Assembly: GCA_051294375.1 (NCBI GenBank)
Contig: CM119263.1
Location: forward strand, 12,067,130-12,131,129
Length of the DNA stretch: 64,000 nt
Direction of reading: 5' to 3'
Source of the DNA: Paraspadella gotoi
Lineage: Eukaryota > Animalia > Chaetognatha
A program made the position numbers and the translations under genes. Within the stretch, counting starts at the first letter, position 1; every line of letters begins with the position of its first letter. The notes under the pieces are model-generated. The model saw only the letters and a list, made by a program, of their open reading frames with translations, made no database searches and was not told the DNA's origin. This document shows, in pieces, positions 13,501 through 28,500 of the stretch.

Positions 13501-16500
13501 CAAAGTGAATTTTAAAGCTGGAATCTACTGATAACAGATCCGGCTAAAAAAAATTTAAAAAAAAAGGGGAAAAATTGTACGATTTCAGGGAGTAAGTAAA
13601 TCACTAAAATATATAATTTCTTACTAAGTGTTCTTTATTGCCAATTGTTAGTACAAGGCGCCATGAATTTAGTGTTCCGATAACCGTTAACTGTTAACGG
13701 TTATTAACGGTTAAAAATAATTTTTTTGGTATGAAATCTTTAAATTTAAAAAAAAAAACTATTTTTTTTTCTGTTCTCTCTTATTCTCCTCTCCCCTTCT
13801 CACCATATTTTTACCCCTCTCTCTCTTCTCCAATTTTTCCCTGCTTTTTTCCTTTGTTATTTTCTTCTTTTTTTTCTATCCTCATCTCTCTCTTATTCTT
13901 TCTTCCCCTTTATTTATCTCCTCCTGTTCCTTTCTTTTTTCTCCTTTTTTCGCCCTTTGCTTTTACCTTTTTCCTTTTTTTTGCCCTTTCATGCAATAAT
14001 AATTTAATATATATTCAATTTAGCTAAAAATAAATAATCCCTCTTATTTTATTTTTTCTCTCTTTTTCTTTCCCTCTTTAAAATTAACAAAGAAGCAAAT
14101 GAAATAAAACCAAATGAATGAAAAGAATGAATAAAAAACCAAATAAAAAAATTATTTTAAAAAATTTAAAAATTAATAATAGAAGGAACGAATCTTAAAA
14201 AAGACATATAAAAAAGAATAATGATGATATACTTTTTAATTAAACTGAAAAATATATTTATTAATCAATAAATATTTTGATCAATTGATAAATCAACCAG
14301 TCTATCAATAAATTAAAATTCATATTTATATTTATGGTCAATGACCATTGGTCATAGTTTATGAAAGACTAACAACAGAAAACAAGCGTTTAAAAAACTA
14401 ACAACTACAAAAATAATGAGGAAGAGAAGAAGTAGAGAAAGAAAAAGAGAGAAAGAGAAAACAAAATATAGAATTAGAATTTGATGGTATCCTTTCGTTT
14501 CGTTGTGTTATGAGATTAGCAAAAATATTTGTTTTGTTACAACAACAATTTTTTTTGACATAAAAAACAGACATGTTTCGACTCTGTTTCGAGTCTTTAT
14601 CAGCGCATTCAAGAACCAGAGTTAAAGAGAAAATACCATTAAATACTTTAGTTTGTTTTAAATCTTAATATTTTAAATTTAAAGTTAAATTATAAAATTA
14701 ACCGATCTTAACGGTTAACCGTTAAAAATGTTAGTTTTAACGGTTAGGCGAATTTCCTAAAAAATTAACGGTTATCGGAACTCTAGCCATGATGCCCTGA
14801 AAGCTTTACTAGTTAAAAGTTTATCTCAACGGCCTGGGCCATGGCTTGGTTAACATAATCATTTAATTGTGCTTTTAAGTCACATCGTCGTCTTTGTATT
14901 TGTGCTTTTTATAATCCACTTTGTCAGTCCGTCGGTCCCACCCCAAAAGCGTGTCGGTAAGACATTCAAATCTTGTCAAAAAATCGAATTATAATAAATT
15001 ATGCAAAAAAAATCTTAAAAGAATAGGAAGTCGCCTACCTTCAATGATAACCAAATCTTGATGCGATGATAACCAAAGGATTGATGAGATGATAACCAAA
15101 TGATTGATGCGATGATAATCAAATATTGATGCGATGATAACCAATAATTGATGCGATAATAACCAAATGATCGATGTGATGATAACCAAATGATTGATGT
15201 GATAATAACCAAATGATTGATGCGATGATAGTCATTCATTGATATGATGATAATCATTCATTGATACGATGATAGTCATTCATTGATGCGATGATAGTCA
15301 TTCATTGACGTAATGAATCATTCATCATAAATAAAAAACAAATGCGTGTATGAGTGAAAGAGAGAGAGAAAGTGAGAGAGAGAGTGAAAGAAAGAGAGAG
15401 AGAGAAAGTAAATAAATCCACGAAAATCTCGGATATAAATTTTGGATTTTGCATTGAGAAAAAAGCGCAGAATAAATGGCAATAATAAAAGTTTTTAAAA
15501 TGAAAAAAATAATCAAAATTTTTCAAAAAACGATCACGCAAGAGATCGTACAGAGAGAGGGAGAGAGACAGAGAGAGAGAGAGAGAGACGGAGAGAGACA
15601 GAAAGAGAAAGACAGACAGAGAGAGAAAGAGAGAAAGCTGGACAGCCGCTGGAAAGCAGTTGTACAATCACTGCAGAGCCTGAACTCGTTTTTAAAGGGT
15701 TCAGAAGAGGCAGCAACTGACAAAAATAGGAAGAAAAATATATATATAATTTAAAGAAATAAAAGAAAGGAAAAGAAATGTTACAATTGTTTACAATTGG
15801 AAATTGTTACAATTTTTCCAATCATAGCTTGTAAAAGATTTTATTTTTATTTGTATTAAAATTAAGATATAGCTTCTCATTAAAAAAGTCCTTTGATTTC
15901 CCATTTTTATTATAGATTTTAAAAATTTGTATATTAGATATGTAAATTAGATTAAAGCATTTCGTATATTACTAATTTGAATATTATAATGAGTAGTATA
16001 ATCTCATTTGCATATTGCAGTAAATCATAATGAAGTGAAAATTCAAACAAAAAATGTAATAAGAAAATATCAAAGCTATTTCAAGATGAGAAGCCATATC
16101 TAAATTTTTAACTTACTATGATCGCACAATTTTGTTAAACTTTATCATAATTCATAATAATTTTTATTTGAAAAAAAAAGGTAAGTCCCTGCCAAACCTA
16201 TAAAAGCGTAGTAGTTTTATATAAAACAGCGTGACGCCGACGACAACAACGACGACGACGACGTCACAAAGAAGCTGACCTGAATCAATATCGAGCCTGA
16301 ACCAGCTTCGCCAGTAGGCTCGATAAAAATGATGTCCGTCCGTGTTTCTGTCTGTGTTTCTGTCTGTCCGTCCATTCCCAGTAGCATTAAACTCCAATTA
16401 CTCTTGATTCGATAGATGGATTGGAATCAAATTTTGTGTGAGAGTAGAAATATTTATTTACATGAAGTTTTTTACTTTTACTCATGATTATTATATTTAT

Positions 16501-19500
16501 TAAAAATTGGATAGATTAATTGAAATTGAATTTTGTGTGTGGGTAAGAAAGTATGTGATAAAGCTGGATATCAAGTGGAAAAGAGTTTAAATTATAAAAC
16601 CAAAAGACACATTTATTAGAATTTTTAAGTTTCCCTCTATTTCTCTTTGATTGATTGATTGATTGATTGTTAATTTGGTTAAATAATTGATTGATAATTT
16701 TTTTAATTGATTTATTGAGAAATCTATTATGATTCATAATGTTATGATCTAGTTATGATTAGTTATGTAAAAAACGATCTTGAATTAATATTTTTTTCCA
16801 TGAATTTATTTTAAAAATAATTTTGCTAGAAACCTTTGGATTTATGTTATGATCTGTTCTAAAATCATTACTTATCATCTGGGTTTGATACCACAAGGGA
16901 AAAGAAGTAATGATATAAGCGGGTAGAAAAATAACCGACTGGGTCAGTTCCAGTCAGCGAAAGTAAAATTGTGACAAAACCACCGCAAATTCATCAACCT
17001 TCTAATATCAGTGGCGAATGAAAAAGTTTACCCTATATTATGGTATAGTTGGAAGCATTTAATTTTTCTTTTCAGCAAGTTGAGGACACCTCTTCTATAA
17101 CATCTATTCAAGATATTTTTTCTGAAGATATTGAGAACGTTGGAGGGAAGTTGCAGAAGTTTCACAAAAAATCGCCAATCGATGGAAACAAATCAAAATA
17201 CTCATTAGGATGCATAACGTTAAGCAATAACCAATTACAAGTTAGTAGAAATGAAATAATTTGTTTGTTTTACAAAAATTTTCAAAGAAATTTATTTCTT
17301 TCTTTCACTAAGCATGTATGAACCTTAGATCGATTTAATTAACAGAGAAAATCGATTCGGGAAACTACTTGGAACCATCAGGGTAGACTTTTGTACATTC
17401 CCTAGAGTGGTTTTTAAATTTTTTGAGCAAATTTAATTTTAAAAAAAATCAAAGAAAATTAATTTCAAAAAGATTTATGAACAACTGTATTTAAGGCAAG
17501 TAAGTAAAATAAGGTATTCATCCTGATGAATTTTTTAAAACATTTCAGATGAACGCATTTTCATCATTTAAGACTATTCATTCATGAGATAATAGACTTT
17601 CAAGTAATATTTTCATATTTCTTTATTATTTTTTTTCTAAATATTTATTCTCATAATTGTACAAAATTAGTCGATATCATTTATTAGCATTAAGTCATCT
17701 CTTCCTCTGCTTGTAAAAAATAAAATTATATGGTCTAAAGCGTTTTTAGTCAGATCTGCCTATCAGCAGATCCCGACTCTATAATCCAATTTGTCGGTCC
17801 ACCCACACAATCTTATCGGTATGATTCAACCTTATATCATGTCAGAACATCGAATTATGATAAATTATGCAAAAAAGATTATGTCCGTCCGTCAGTCCGT
17901 CTTGTAAAATATTTTTATTTTAAATATATGAAATATATATATCCAATATATTCCTAGTGGGAAGCCTTTTTTCTACCCCCTGTAGCAAGTTTTATTGTTC
18001 CCAAACGGACCGACAAAGTGAATTATAGAGCAAATAACGACGGATTTTCTTTCGATTTGCTCTCTTGCTGTTAATCAGCCAATTAGATTATAAGTTATTA
18101 TCCATCTTACAATCTGATTAAACTTGTAATTTCATAATGGAGTTACTGTGTAGATAGACAAAAAATATTTAAGTCTTTATGTCATCTTCTGTGGCGCAAA
18201 AGAAATTCCACACTCAACAATCCAAACATCTCCATCTAATCCTTAATCCTTAATCGCAGAGAGGCGAGGGGCGAAGAGAGGCCTTTGTTTCATATCAAGG
18301 CTGCAGTATGCATAAAAAAATGTAATCATGTAGTCATAAAATGCATTCCTCTCTCTTAAAACAGACAAAAATAATACTAAAATGAGTATGTATTTACAAG
18401 TATGATCTGTTCAAAATAATTGATGACTGCTAATTCTTTTTAAAAGGCTCTATTCAAAAAGCGGGCAATCGTATCTTTGCGTCAAGTTCAAATTATTATC
18501 TTGGGTGTTATTCTTCCTGTATTTATTGCTTTATTACAATTGATAAATTGGTCTCTACTGAGAAGAGAACCTTTATCGCTACCAGCATTAAAGCTTATCC
18601 CGACTGAAATTCCTCAAAACGCTGTTGTGCTTTTTAGAAATAGCTATAAGGCAAATGATTTATTATTTCATAGTTGTTTAAAACTGGAAAAAGAAGTTTT
18701 AAATTCCCGATTTCAACTTAAAAATATGTGAGTGTTTTCATTTAGTTGAAGACACAATAATATTTATTATGTGAAATTGGTACAACCAAATAAAAATTAT
18801 CCATTCATTTAATAAATAAGCTATCTTGTCCCTGACTTTGGACAGGCTTTGGTTGGTTTAAGGCCTCCATCACACTTACAAGATATAACATAGCAGGTTT
18901 CTGCAAGCTTTCAATCAAGACTCTCTCACAGTCTTATTTATACACTCCCAGTGAACCTGGCTTCCCTATCAATGAAGTGGTATAATATTTCAAAGAATGT
19001 TTCAATTGTATGAAAGACCACTCCCTTATGTGTTAGTGACAGAACGGTTTAATATAAGCTGTCACCGAGCTTCGGACCAGGCTGTAACACCGTGTAACAG
19101 GAGGGTTAAGGGCCTCATCCCATCCCATCCCATGCCATGCAGGCGACTACGGGGCTAGAACCCTGGACTTTGGGTTGGGAGGCTAATGACTTGCCTCCGG
19201 TATCAATGGCCGCTGCATGCAACTGTTGGTGGATTTTAGTCCACCATATAGTTCAAATTGACTAAAAATTTGAGTTGGAAAAATTGAATGTTAATATTTC
19301 TATGAAGATTTTTTTCCTACAACATAGAGTTCTTTCAAAAAATAACAATAATCATAATTTTTATATAGGTTGTGCTAATTTGATTGATTGATTGATTTTA
19401 TTATTGATGTAATAAGAAAACTGTTAGGATTTATAATTAATGATCTGTAATGATCAGGTACGATTCTCTCTCTCTATTTATTTATTTATTATTTTTCATA

Positions 19501-22500
19501 TCCACGTTCATCGGACATAAATGATCGATTATCATCGCATCTACTATTATCGCATCAATAAATCGTTATAATTTTATCCATAAATCCAGAGGAGAAAATG
19601 TCTAATCCTTGGCCCCTTTTCTGGGTTTTTTTGTGTTTTTCGTAGCAGATTTCATGCATCACTCCGAAAAGTTTTCATAATCCTTTTCCCTAGTCCAAGC
19701 GCCGAGTAGAAAGTAAATCTGATTGCAAAAAAATAGGAAAATTTTTATTTCCAATACGAATTCCACTACGAATTCTCACAGTTTAGTTTATTAAGCTGCT
19801 TTCCTATCAATTCCTATCAATCGTATATTTATAATGAATGAATATTATCTTTACCATATTTTTTTCAGAATCAGAGTTTCTTCAAATCAAAGGCGTTTTC
19901 AAAATAAAACCAACTGGAAATATGATTATAAGAATTTTAATAAATTAGAGCAAGCTTTTTTGTCAAACAATGCTGACAATTTTAAAAGTTACAAAAAAAT
20001 TCGATTTGGATTTTTGTTTTCTTCAATTAAGAAAGTTTGCTCATTGAATCGTCGAAAACATAAAAATATACAGGTGTGAGATCATCTTGATATATTGAAG
20101 TAATGTACTGTCTGTATGTTATACTACTAGATTTGAATCAACTTGTTGAAAAATGAAGTCCAGATCTAAAAAGGTTACCTGGCGATTACGAAAATATATT
20201 TACTTTTAAATTTTATGCATTCTACGCCATCGCCATTTTAGATCGATTTTTATGCAGGTCAATTGATATTTTTTATTAATTTTTTTTGGTGAATTTAAAA
20301 ACGTATTAAAAGACATTTTTAAAATTTCAACTTGTTTACTTGGAAACAAAACATTTTTAAACTTTAACCCTAAATACTTTTTGACTCGAATGTCTTTCTA
20401 TTTCCACAAATATTTTTAAGAGAGAAGATCCAGGTCGATTTTTTTTATTGTATAGCAAAAATTCCAATTCCTTTATCATTAACAAAGTGGTTCATATCAA
20501 GGTCATTGTAATTTTATCCCTCGATTTCGAACTTTTCTAACTAAAAATTCCACCTCAACTTAATTTGGCTTAAAAATATTTCGCATTCCGAATTTCTTCC
20601 AATATTGATTTTAGTTCGTTTTTGACTACATGGTGACAGTTTTACAAGCGCCGGTAAAAAAACGCTGTCATTTGCAAACCAGTGGTTATTTCTTTGATTT
20701 TAAAAATTAGTTGAGTATAAACTATTAAAGTCATTTATGTGTTCAAATTTTATATTGATCAGTTAAGATATGCCTTGACAATGAGTGGAGAAAGTTGGCT
20801 TGTAAAATCCGGTTTCATTTTCCAACTCGCTGTTTTTAAATTCTTTTTTTTTTTCAACTTTTAGCACTTTTAGCACAAAGTATTTATTAGGATATTAACA
20901 ATATTAATATCCTCAGAAAGCCCTTAAAAAAAATGAAGAGAATAATATACTTACGAAAGCTCTAACATAACTGACTGTATGGATAAGGCGCTCAGTGGGC
21001 TGAAGACTAATTTCCGTAAGTTCTATACCCCCTCAGCAGCCATGGAATAGGGTCATGGGCCAGGAGGCAGGATTAAGGGATTTCCAGGCCCCCAAGTCAG
21101 TATACGGCCGTCCTCACGGTTGTCGCAGGGTAGGTGCTATGTATCGGTTTGGGATTAAACCCATTTCCTAATGGACATGATCTCATGGCTTTACTCAATG
21201 AGCCAGCGGGTCACGTCTAAAGATGTCATGCTATAGGCGGGGTGAACTTATGCAATGCCCGACTACAACTGGCATCAGAGTTCTGAAGAGCTGACTGAAT
21301 GTCTAAATATTTAGCTGAACATAATATATTTTTAATCGGATCTGCTTATCTATAATTCACTTTGTCGATCCGTTGGTCCGCCCTCTCAATCTTGTCGGGC
21401 ATTCACTTATATCATGTCAGAACATCGAATTATGATAAAATATGCAAAAAAAATTATGTCCGTCCCTCTGTCTCTATCTGTCCGTCCGTATGTCCGTCCG
21501 TCCCACCTTAGCAAAAACACGATTACTCAATTGGAATGAAATTTTGTGCGTGAGTAGGGAAGTGTGTGATTGAGCTGGATATGAAGTTTCGATGGAATCG
21601 TCCGAGTGGAAATGAGTTTAAATTGAAAAAACCAAAAAATATATTTCACAATTTGAACACCAATTGCACATTGAGTGGATGTGGCGAATGACCTCAAATT
21701 TTTTATGTGGGTTGGAAAGTGTTTAAGCTGGAAATCAAGTTTCGATGGAATCTTTTGAGTGGAAATGAGTTTAAATGGAAAAAACAAAAAACCTGTTTCA
21801 CTAATTGATCATGTAAATGCAAGATGTATTAATTAATCAAATAATTAATCAGTTAATTAATTAATTAATCAGTCAATCACTCAAGTCAATCGTTATCGGC
21901 ATTATTCTCATCTTCATTGCTTTTGTCGTGGTTATTGACGAAAAGACCTAAAAACAAACATTTCGGATCTAATTGATTAATTAATTGCCTAATTAATTAA
22001 ATAATTAACTTTAATTATTTAATATTTAATTAACTACCGATAATGATCGTGGGCAGATCCGACATTGTTTGCTCAAACTTGTTTTATTAAGGAATTACCT
22101 TTGTTTTTCAGACTAAACGTCCAATACCGGCCAATGTTGAACACTTGTGTAACTTGTTTTATGCCTTAAATCCCCAAGCCTCCAAGTCAGGTGTGATATT
22201 TATTTAAAACTGTTTTACAATATTTCAGACTATAATCTTTGTAAGAAATCCTTTCTTTCGTTGGGTTTTTATATTCGGAAAAGTTAGACATACAACGACT
22301 TTTATTTAAAAACAGTGGACATGTTTCGACTTGTATTTTAAGTCTTATTCAGCACTTTTGAAGAACAAACAATTTTAAGTTTACAAGAAATGTGAGAGAT
22401 AGAGAGAGAGGGAAAAGGGTTACCAACGAGGATTTGAGAAAAGGACACAGATAAGAGGTGAGGACAGGATCAGTTTTTAGGCCAGATGGAGGGATAGATA

Positions 22501-25500
22501 TTGAAAAAATAGACATCCGCGTCGCTTTGGGGTTCTTTCCACGGGCTCCTTACCAGATCCTTCAATCGTATTTGCGACACATAGCCAATGACAGGCCAAT
22601 GACTCAGCGTCATCGTCTCGTCCTTCATTTTTTGCTGCAAAAGTACTGAATTATTTGCCCTAATTTTTTAGGTGTTAGAAGCTCAGTTGATAAAGAATAT
22701 TGTCAGTAAATCAAACTACTTTTTGTTTAACAAATTGTAATAAAAACTAAAAATGTGAGTTTCTGACTAGTCAATTTGAAAATTAATTCATATGCAAAAA
22801 ATGGGCGATCAACGGCATATGAACTGACTAAAAGGTAAAGAAGACAAAGGATCTGAAAGCCGAAATAAATTTTTTTCTTAAACCATCTTGGCATTCAAAT
22901 CTTAAGAAAACAAGGAACGGTTATTCCAAGATGTTGCGCCGCATTACTTTTCTTTTTACTTATCATGTCATTTATTCTTTATAGTTTAAGATTTTTTTAA
23001 AAAAAAGGCGCTTAGATTTGATTTTTAACAAATGAGCAACTATAGTCAAGTTATAAGCATTTTTAATGTAAGTGGGACAGACCGACCGACCAAAAAGTGA
23101 CTTATATAGTTGCTCCACGAGTGCTCGCGGCGCAATTAAAAATCAAAATGGAAAAAAATGGATACAATTTTTTTTAATTTTTTTTAATTTCAATCAATTA
23201 GTACTTGGGTTCAAATTCAATCAATTTTGTAGATAATAATCAAGCAATAATGGAAAAAGTGCTTTTTTTTCTTAATTCGTCAATCGAAATCACTGCCTGG
23301 AGAGTGAAAAAAAGAAAGTTGCAGATAAAAAGAGCGAGGCATGGATTTAAAAGTAAAAAAAGATTAAGAGGAGGTTGAGAAAAGAAGAGATAGAAAAAGG
23401 GAAAGAGAATCGGAAAGAAAACAAATTTGAGGAAACAATGCCGGATCTGACCACGATCATTAGCGGTAAGCAGCTGATCAGATAATTAATTAATTAATTA
23501 ATCTATTATAATTTCTGCTCAATCACACATTTTCCTACCCACATACAAAATTTGAAGACAATCGCCCCATTCACTCATATACTAGTAATTGGCGTTCAAA
23601 TAGTGAAATATATTTTTTTGTTTTTTTTCCATTTTAACACTTTCCTACCCACATACAAAATTTAATTCCAATCCATCAACCAAATCGCGAACAATTGGTG
23701 TTTTTGGCTAAGGTGGGAAGGACGGACGGACAGATCGACAGACGGACATCATTTTTTTTTTTTTTTTGCATAATTTATCATAATTCCATGTTGTGACATG
23801 ATATAAGAGAATGCCCGACAAGATTGGGGTGACGGACCGACAAAGTGAATTATAGAGGATTAAACTAGAGAGAAAAGAGGAAGAAAAAAGGTAATAGAGA
23901 AAAGACAAGAGAGAAAGAAGTATTGAAAGAGAGAGTTCTAGAAAGAAAGAAGGGGAAAAGAATAAAAAAGGAGGGGAAGAAAGAAAAAGATTATGCGTCA
24001 TCTTATTCTTAAAGATTTCTGTATATCAGCAAGCTTCAGAGCTTCGGATCTGATTCAGTGATACAAATGTGGAGTGGACTCAAGGCCACCAAGTGATAAT
24101 GGAGATGGTTCATTTTATTCACTCTTACTCCTACGTCAGGCGAATGAGTTGACGCGGTGTTTTAATAAAGAGTTTTTTCAAATTCAATTACAGATTTATC
24201 AAAAAAATTTCCTCCTTTTATTGGAATAACGAATAAAAATTTGGAATCAGAAACAATCACAGCGTATTTTTCGGAATTCAGTATTCATTCGTCTGCAATA
24301 AGCCTTCTGCAGGTTATGATTAATCTTTCAATCTTTTTTTTAATACAATTTACTATCAATTTTTAATATTTATAGTTTTTAGACGGATCTGCTTATCAGC
24401 AAATTCCGACTCTATAATTCACTTGGTCGGTCCGTCGGTCCCACCCCAAAATCTTGTCGGTAAATCATTATTATAATATCAAAACCTTGAATTATGATAA
24501 ATTATGCAAAAAAGTGATGTCCGTCCGTCTGTCCCCCCTTAGGTTAAACTCGTGTTTAAATTGATTGATTGGAATGAAGTTTTGTGTGATTGAGCTGTTT
24601 ATTATGTTTCGATGGAATCGTGCGAGTGGAAATGAGTAACTTTAAATGGAAAAAACAAAAGTTTTTTTACTTATATTTACTTATTATTATTATATTTATT
24701 AAAAATTAGATTGATAAATTTTGCTGGCATGATCACTATGAAATTGGTACAACCAAAATAAAAATTATCCATTCATTTAATAAATAAGCTATCTTGTCCC
24801 TGACTATGTGATGAACAGGAGGAGATGACGTTGACATTGATCACGTGACGTTAGAGACAGTTCATAGTTTTTGATAAAAATCATATAAACCAACTTGCTT
24901 GGTTAATTCATAAAACGTTAATAAAACAATCAAAGCATATAGATATTCCAACTGCTTTTACCAGCAAGCAATATCTAATTGTCCATCATTTATCGATTAT
25001 CATTGCATCTACTATTATCGCATCGTTAAATAACTATCATTGCATCAATAATTGCATTGATGAATGATTAACATCGTATCAATAGCTAATTATCATCGCA
25101 ACAATGAATGACTATAACCGCATCAAAGAAGAGATAGGAAAAGAGAGTTATAAATTATAATAAGGAGAGAGAAGAAGAAAAGAAGAGATAAATAAAAAAT
25201 AAAAAAATAAGGGGGTAAAAAGGCAAAAGAGACGGAGAGAGAGGAAAGAGAAAGAGAGAAGGAAAAATAAAAAGTGATAGGAAGAAAGAAAAATATTGTG
25301 TTATGGCAACAGCCGGGTTTCCTGTGATGACCATTGGGTTAGGGCATGTCACTATTGGCTTTCGGGGCTTCCGACCCTCAGTGACGCATCTAGTCACTGG
25401 ACTGTGGATGGAAAACAACGCCTGGGATGGTGTGTTTCCCCTCTGAGCCAATGGTATTGGGTGAACGATCGTGGACGTAAATATACCACCACAGTGTCAT

Positions 25501-28500
25501 CTTTTTCTTGAAGAGTTCTGTAAATCTAATAGACGTGAAAATTCTTACGAGCAATTCAATCTTTAAAAGTTGTTCTTACCAAAAAATCGCATATAGTTTT
25601 TATTAAATTAAGCAGATAACGAAATTTTATTTATTGTCTTAAAACATGTTTTACTGTATTTTAAAGACATAGAAATTCACTAATTTTTTTTAACTGAAGA
25701 ATGTCCAATATTTATCAATGGTATAAAAAATTATAATTATTAAAATTCCAAAATCATTGTCTAAAATACCCGAAGCAGGTATACAGCTCTAAATGATTGT
25801 GGGCAGTTCCGGGCATTGTTTGATCAGACTTTTTCTTCCCACATTCTTATTCACTAACAAATTTTTTTTCAGGCCATTAATACGATTTACCGGTACAATT
25901 TAAAGACAAATGCAAAAAGGTAATTTTTTTACGACTTTCACGTTTAATTATAATAATCAGACTTATTTTTATTTTTATTTTTATTTTTATCACGTGGTGA
26001 CCGTTCACCACATATTATACAATCGTTAATTATTAGTGGGGCCTGCTTAATAGGGATAATCAATGAAAAGGTAGCGAAATCGCCAACCAACTAGAACCAC
26101 ACCTGCGACTCCTGTGTGAATCGCCGGCGACATCGCTATTTGAATGAACTACAACTTAGCCTTCGTCTTAGGATAAATATTTAAAAAATATATACTTTAA
26201 TTATTTTTTTTTAAAAATCACTGAAAATTTTTTTTTCACCAATTGCTTTATGTAATAAATACAGGAGTTTGCTTTGTTCAATTTTTAAAATTTAGGTATC
26301 CTATAAAATGGTTCATACTTGTGTGCATATTTTTTATAATGAATTAAAGTTTTTCGATCTGGTATAGGAGCAGTAAGCTTTTCTTAACAAGCAGTACCAT
26401 TGGGACACACTGTACTTAGTTCATGCTATAAAAATTTAGTAAAAAATTTAACATGCATATACAATTATACATCATACTTGTGAATTCACGCGATCACCTT
26501 AAAGAGCGATCACATGACTCAAAATTTGATACGCTTGTGCTACCTCAGTTTTTAAAAAAATATAATTAAGAAAAAATGACGAAATTTCTATGCAGTGGGT
26601 CTCGAACAAAAACATAGCAACCCAGGATTGAAAATATCGTTCTTGTTTTTACAGATTAATTCAAATTGAAAATGCCCCGATTGAGGCAACAGAAATAGAA
26701 AAGCAGAAAGTTAACTATGATGAGTACAAAAACGGATTAACAGTGGATGTATTAATAACTAGTTACCTAGTTATAACACCTTTTTTTATCCATTTTATTA
26801 TTTTAGAGCGTATCACAGGAGCAAAACACGTTCAAGTAATTATCAATTCCATACATCATAGAATTATTGTAAAAGAACTGGATACAAAAAAGTATTCATA
26901 TACCCCGTGTCCTTTCGCGAGTGACACCGAAAAAATGGCAACTGTAATCGCATGGAAAATAAATCATGAATCGTTTTTTTTAATTGGTAGAAAAGAACTG
27001 GACATTTGTTGTTAACCAACAGTATGATTTTTCTTGTTGGTAACATTTCTTGACAGTATATCTATGTAACCGTAAAATTTATAAAGATTATTGATAGTCG
27101 GTGTTGCAGGTCTCGGTTTGGCATTTTTTATGATATATAAAACATATTTGTAATGAGTCTTCTTTATTTAATCTTCTTTATTTATTTTAGTGACTGTCTC
27201 TTAAGAGGAGGTCAAATTTGAAACTTCATCAATGTTATTTTCAAAATTTTTCTGATGATTAAAAAGTACTTAAAATTAACGTGAAAATAAATATAAGGTA
27301 ATGAACATGTAGCTTTTTTATCGTCGCAATCGCTTAGTGTTTGCGACAATATTGTAATGCTTTTGCGCATAAGTGGCGTCGGCGTCGTCGTCGTTGGCGT
27401 TGTCGTCGTCGTTCCAAATTATAGATCGCCTTTTTTATGATTAAATTTGGGTGTATGGTCGACTAAAATCCACCAACCGTTCATCAGCAGCCATTGGTGC
27501 CGGAGGCAAGTCATTCGCCTCCCAACCCAAAGGTCCGGGGTTCTAGCCCGGTGGTCGTCTGGCAGTTAAGAGGGACGGGGCGCTTAACCCGCCTGTAACA
27601 TGGTGTTACAGCCTGATCCGAAGCTCAGGGACTGCTTATATTGAACGGTTCTGTCATTAACACATATCAATAATTACTGTCTCTTCAGGTGTATGAAGCT
27701 AAAAATTTATATACAGCTTCTCATCATCGATGTACTTAAAATTGAGTCTGGACAGTTATTAAATATGTTTTGTTTACGTTTTATCAAAACAAACAAATTT
27801 TCTTTTATTTTCATGTTTCTTTCTCTCTCTTTTCTCTTTTAATTACATGTCCCTCTCCCTCTCTCTTTTCCCTAGTCACTGATTCATAGAGTCTATTAGA
27901 GAAAGGGAAAAAAACGAGTCTGCAGCTGGCTCTGCAGGGGCTCTTTCTTTTTCTCTTTCTCCTGCTGCTTCTGCTGCTGCCTTTTATTTTTTTTTATTTT
28001 TTCTGGGTGCCTCTGCAGGTGAAAACGATTTGGCTTTTTTCTCTCTCTCTCTCTCTCTCTCTGATTATTTTTTTTCCTCTTAAAACTTTTATTATCGTCA
28101 TTTATTCCCAAATTTACATCCGAGATTTTCATGGATTTTTTTCCCCAAATATTCTAAATATCAATCAGAATAATATTTTTTTTAAAATATATATTTACTT
28201 CACTTTGTTTTTTGTCTGGGAATGTTGACAGTGTTTAGAGAGGTCGCATTCGATCAAACTGCTCGCTTATGCGGGCTAAAAGTAAAACAAAAGTACCTAC
28301 AATAATGTCTCTCCAGACTTAGCACTTGCTAAAAATTAAACTCGAAAATAAGTTATTTTACCGTTTTATATTTATTATTCTTTATTATTTTTTTTTATTT
28401 TATTTTATTTTCTTTATTTTTCTCAAATTTGATTTTTTTAGTATCAAAATTTGTCGTCAATCCAGATTTTTCTTATGCTATTGCGACGATCCTTATGCTT

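Noticed and set aside
27487-27559. Functional tRNA-Gly(CCC) gene or tRNA-derived SINE
   Set aside because: The anticodon stem pairs poorly, and the sequence is internal to a repeat occurring as paired LTRs with PBS, PPT and 4-bp TSD, without a tail.
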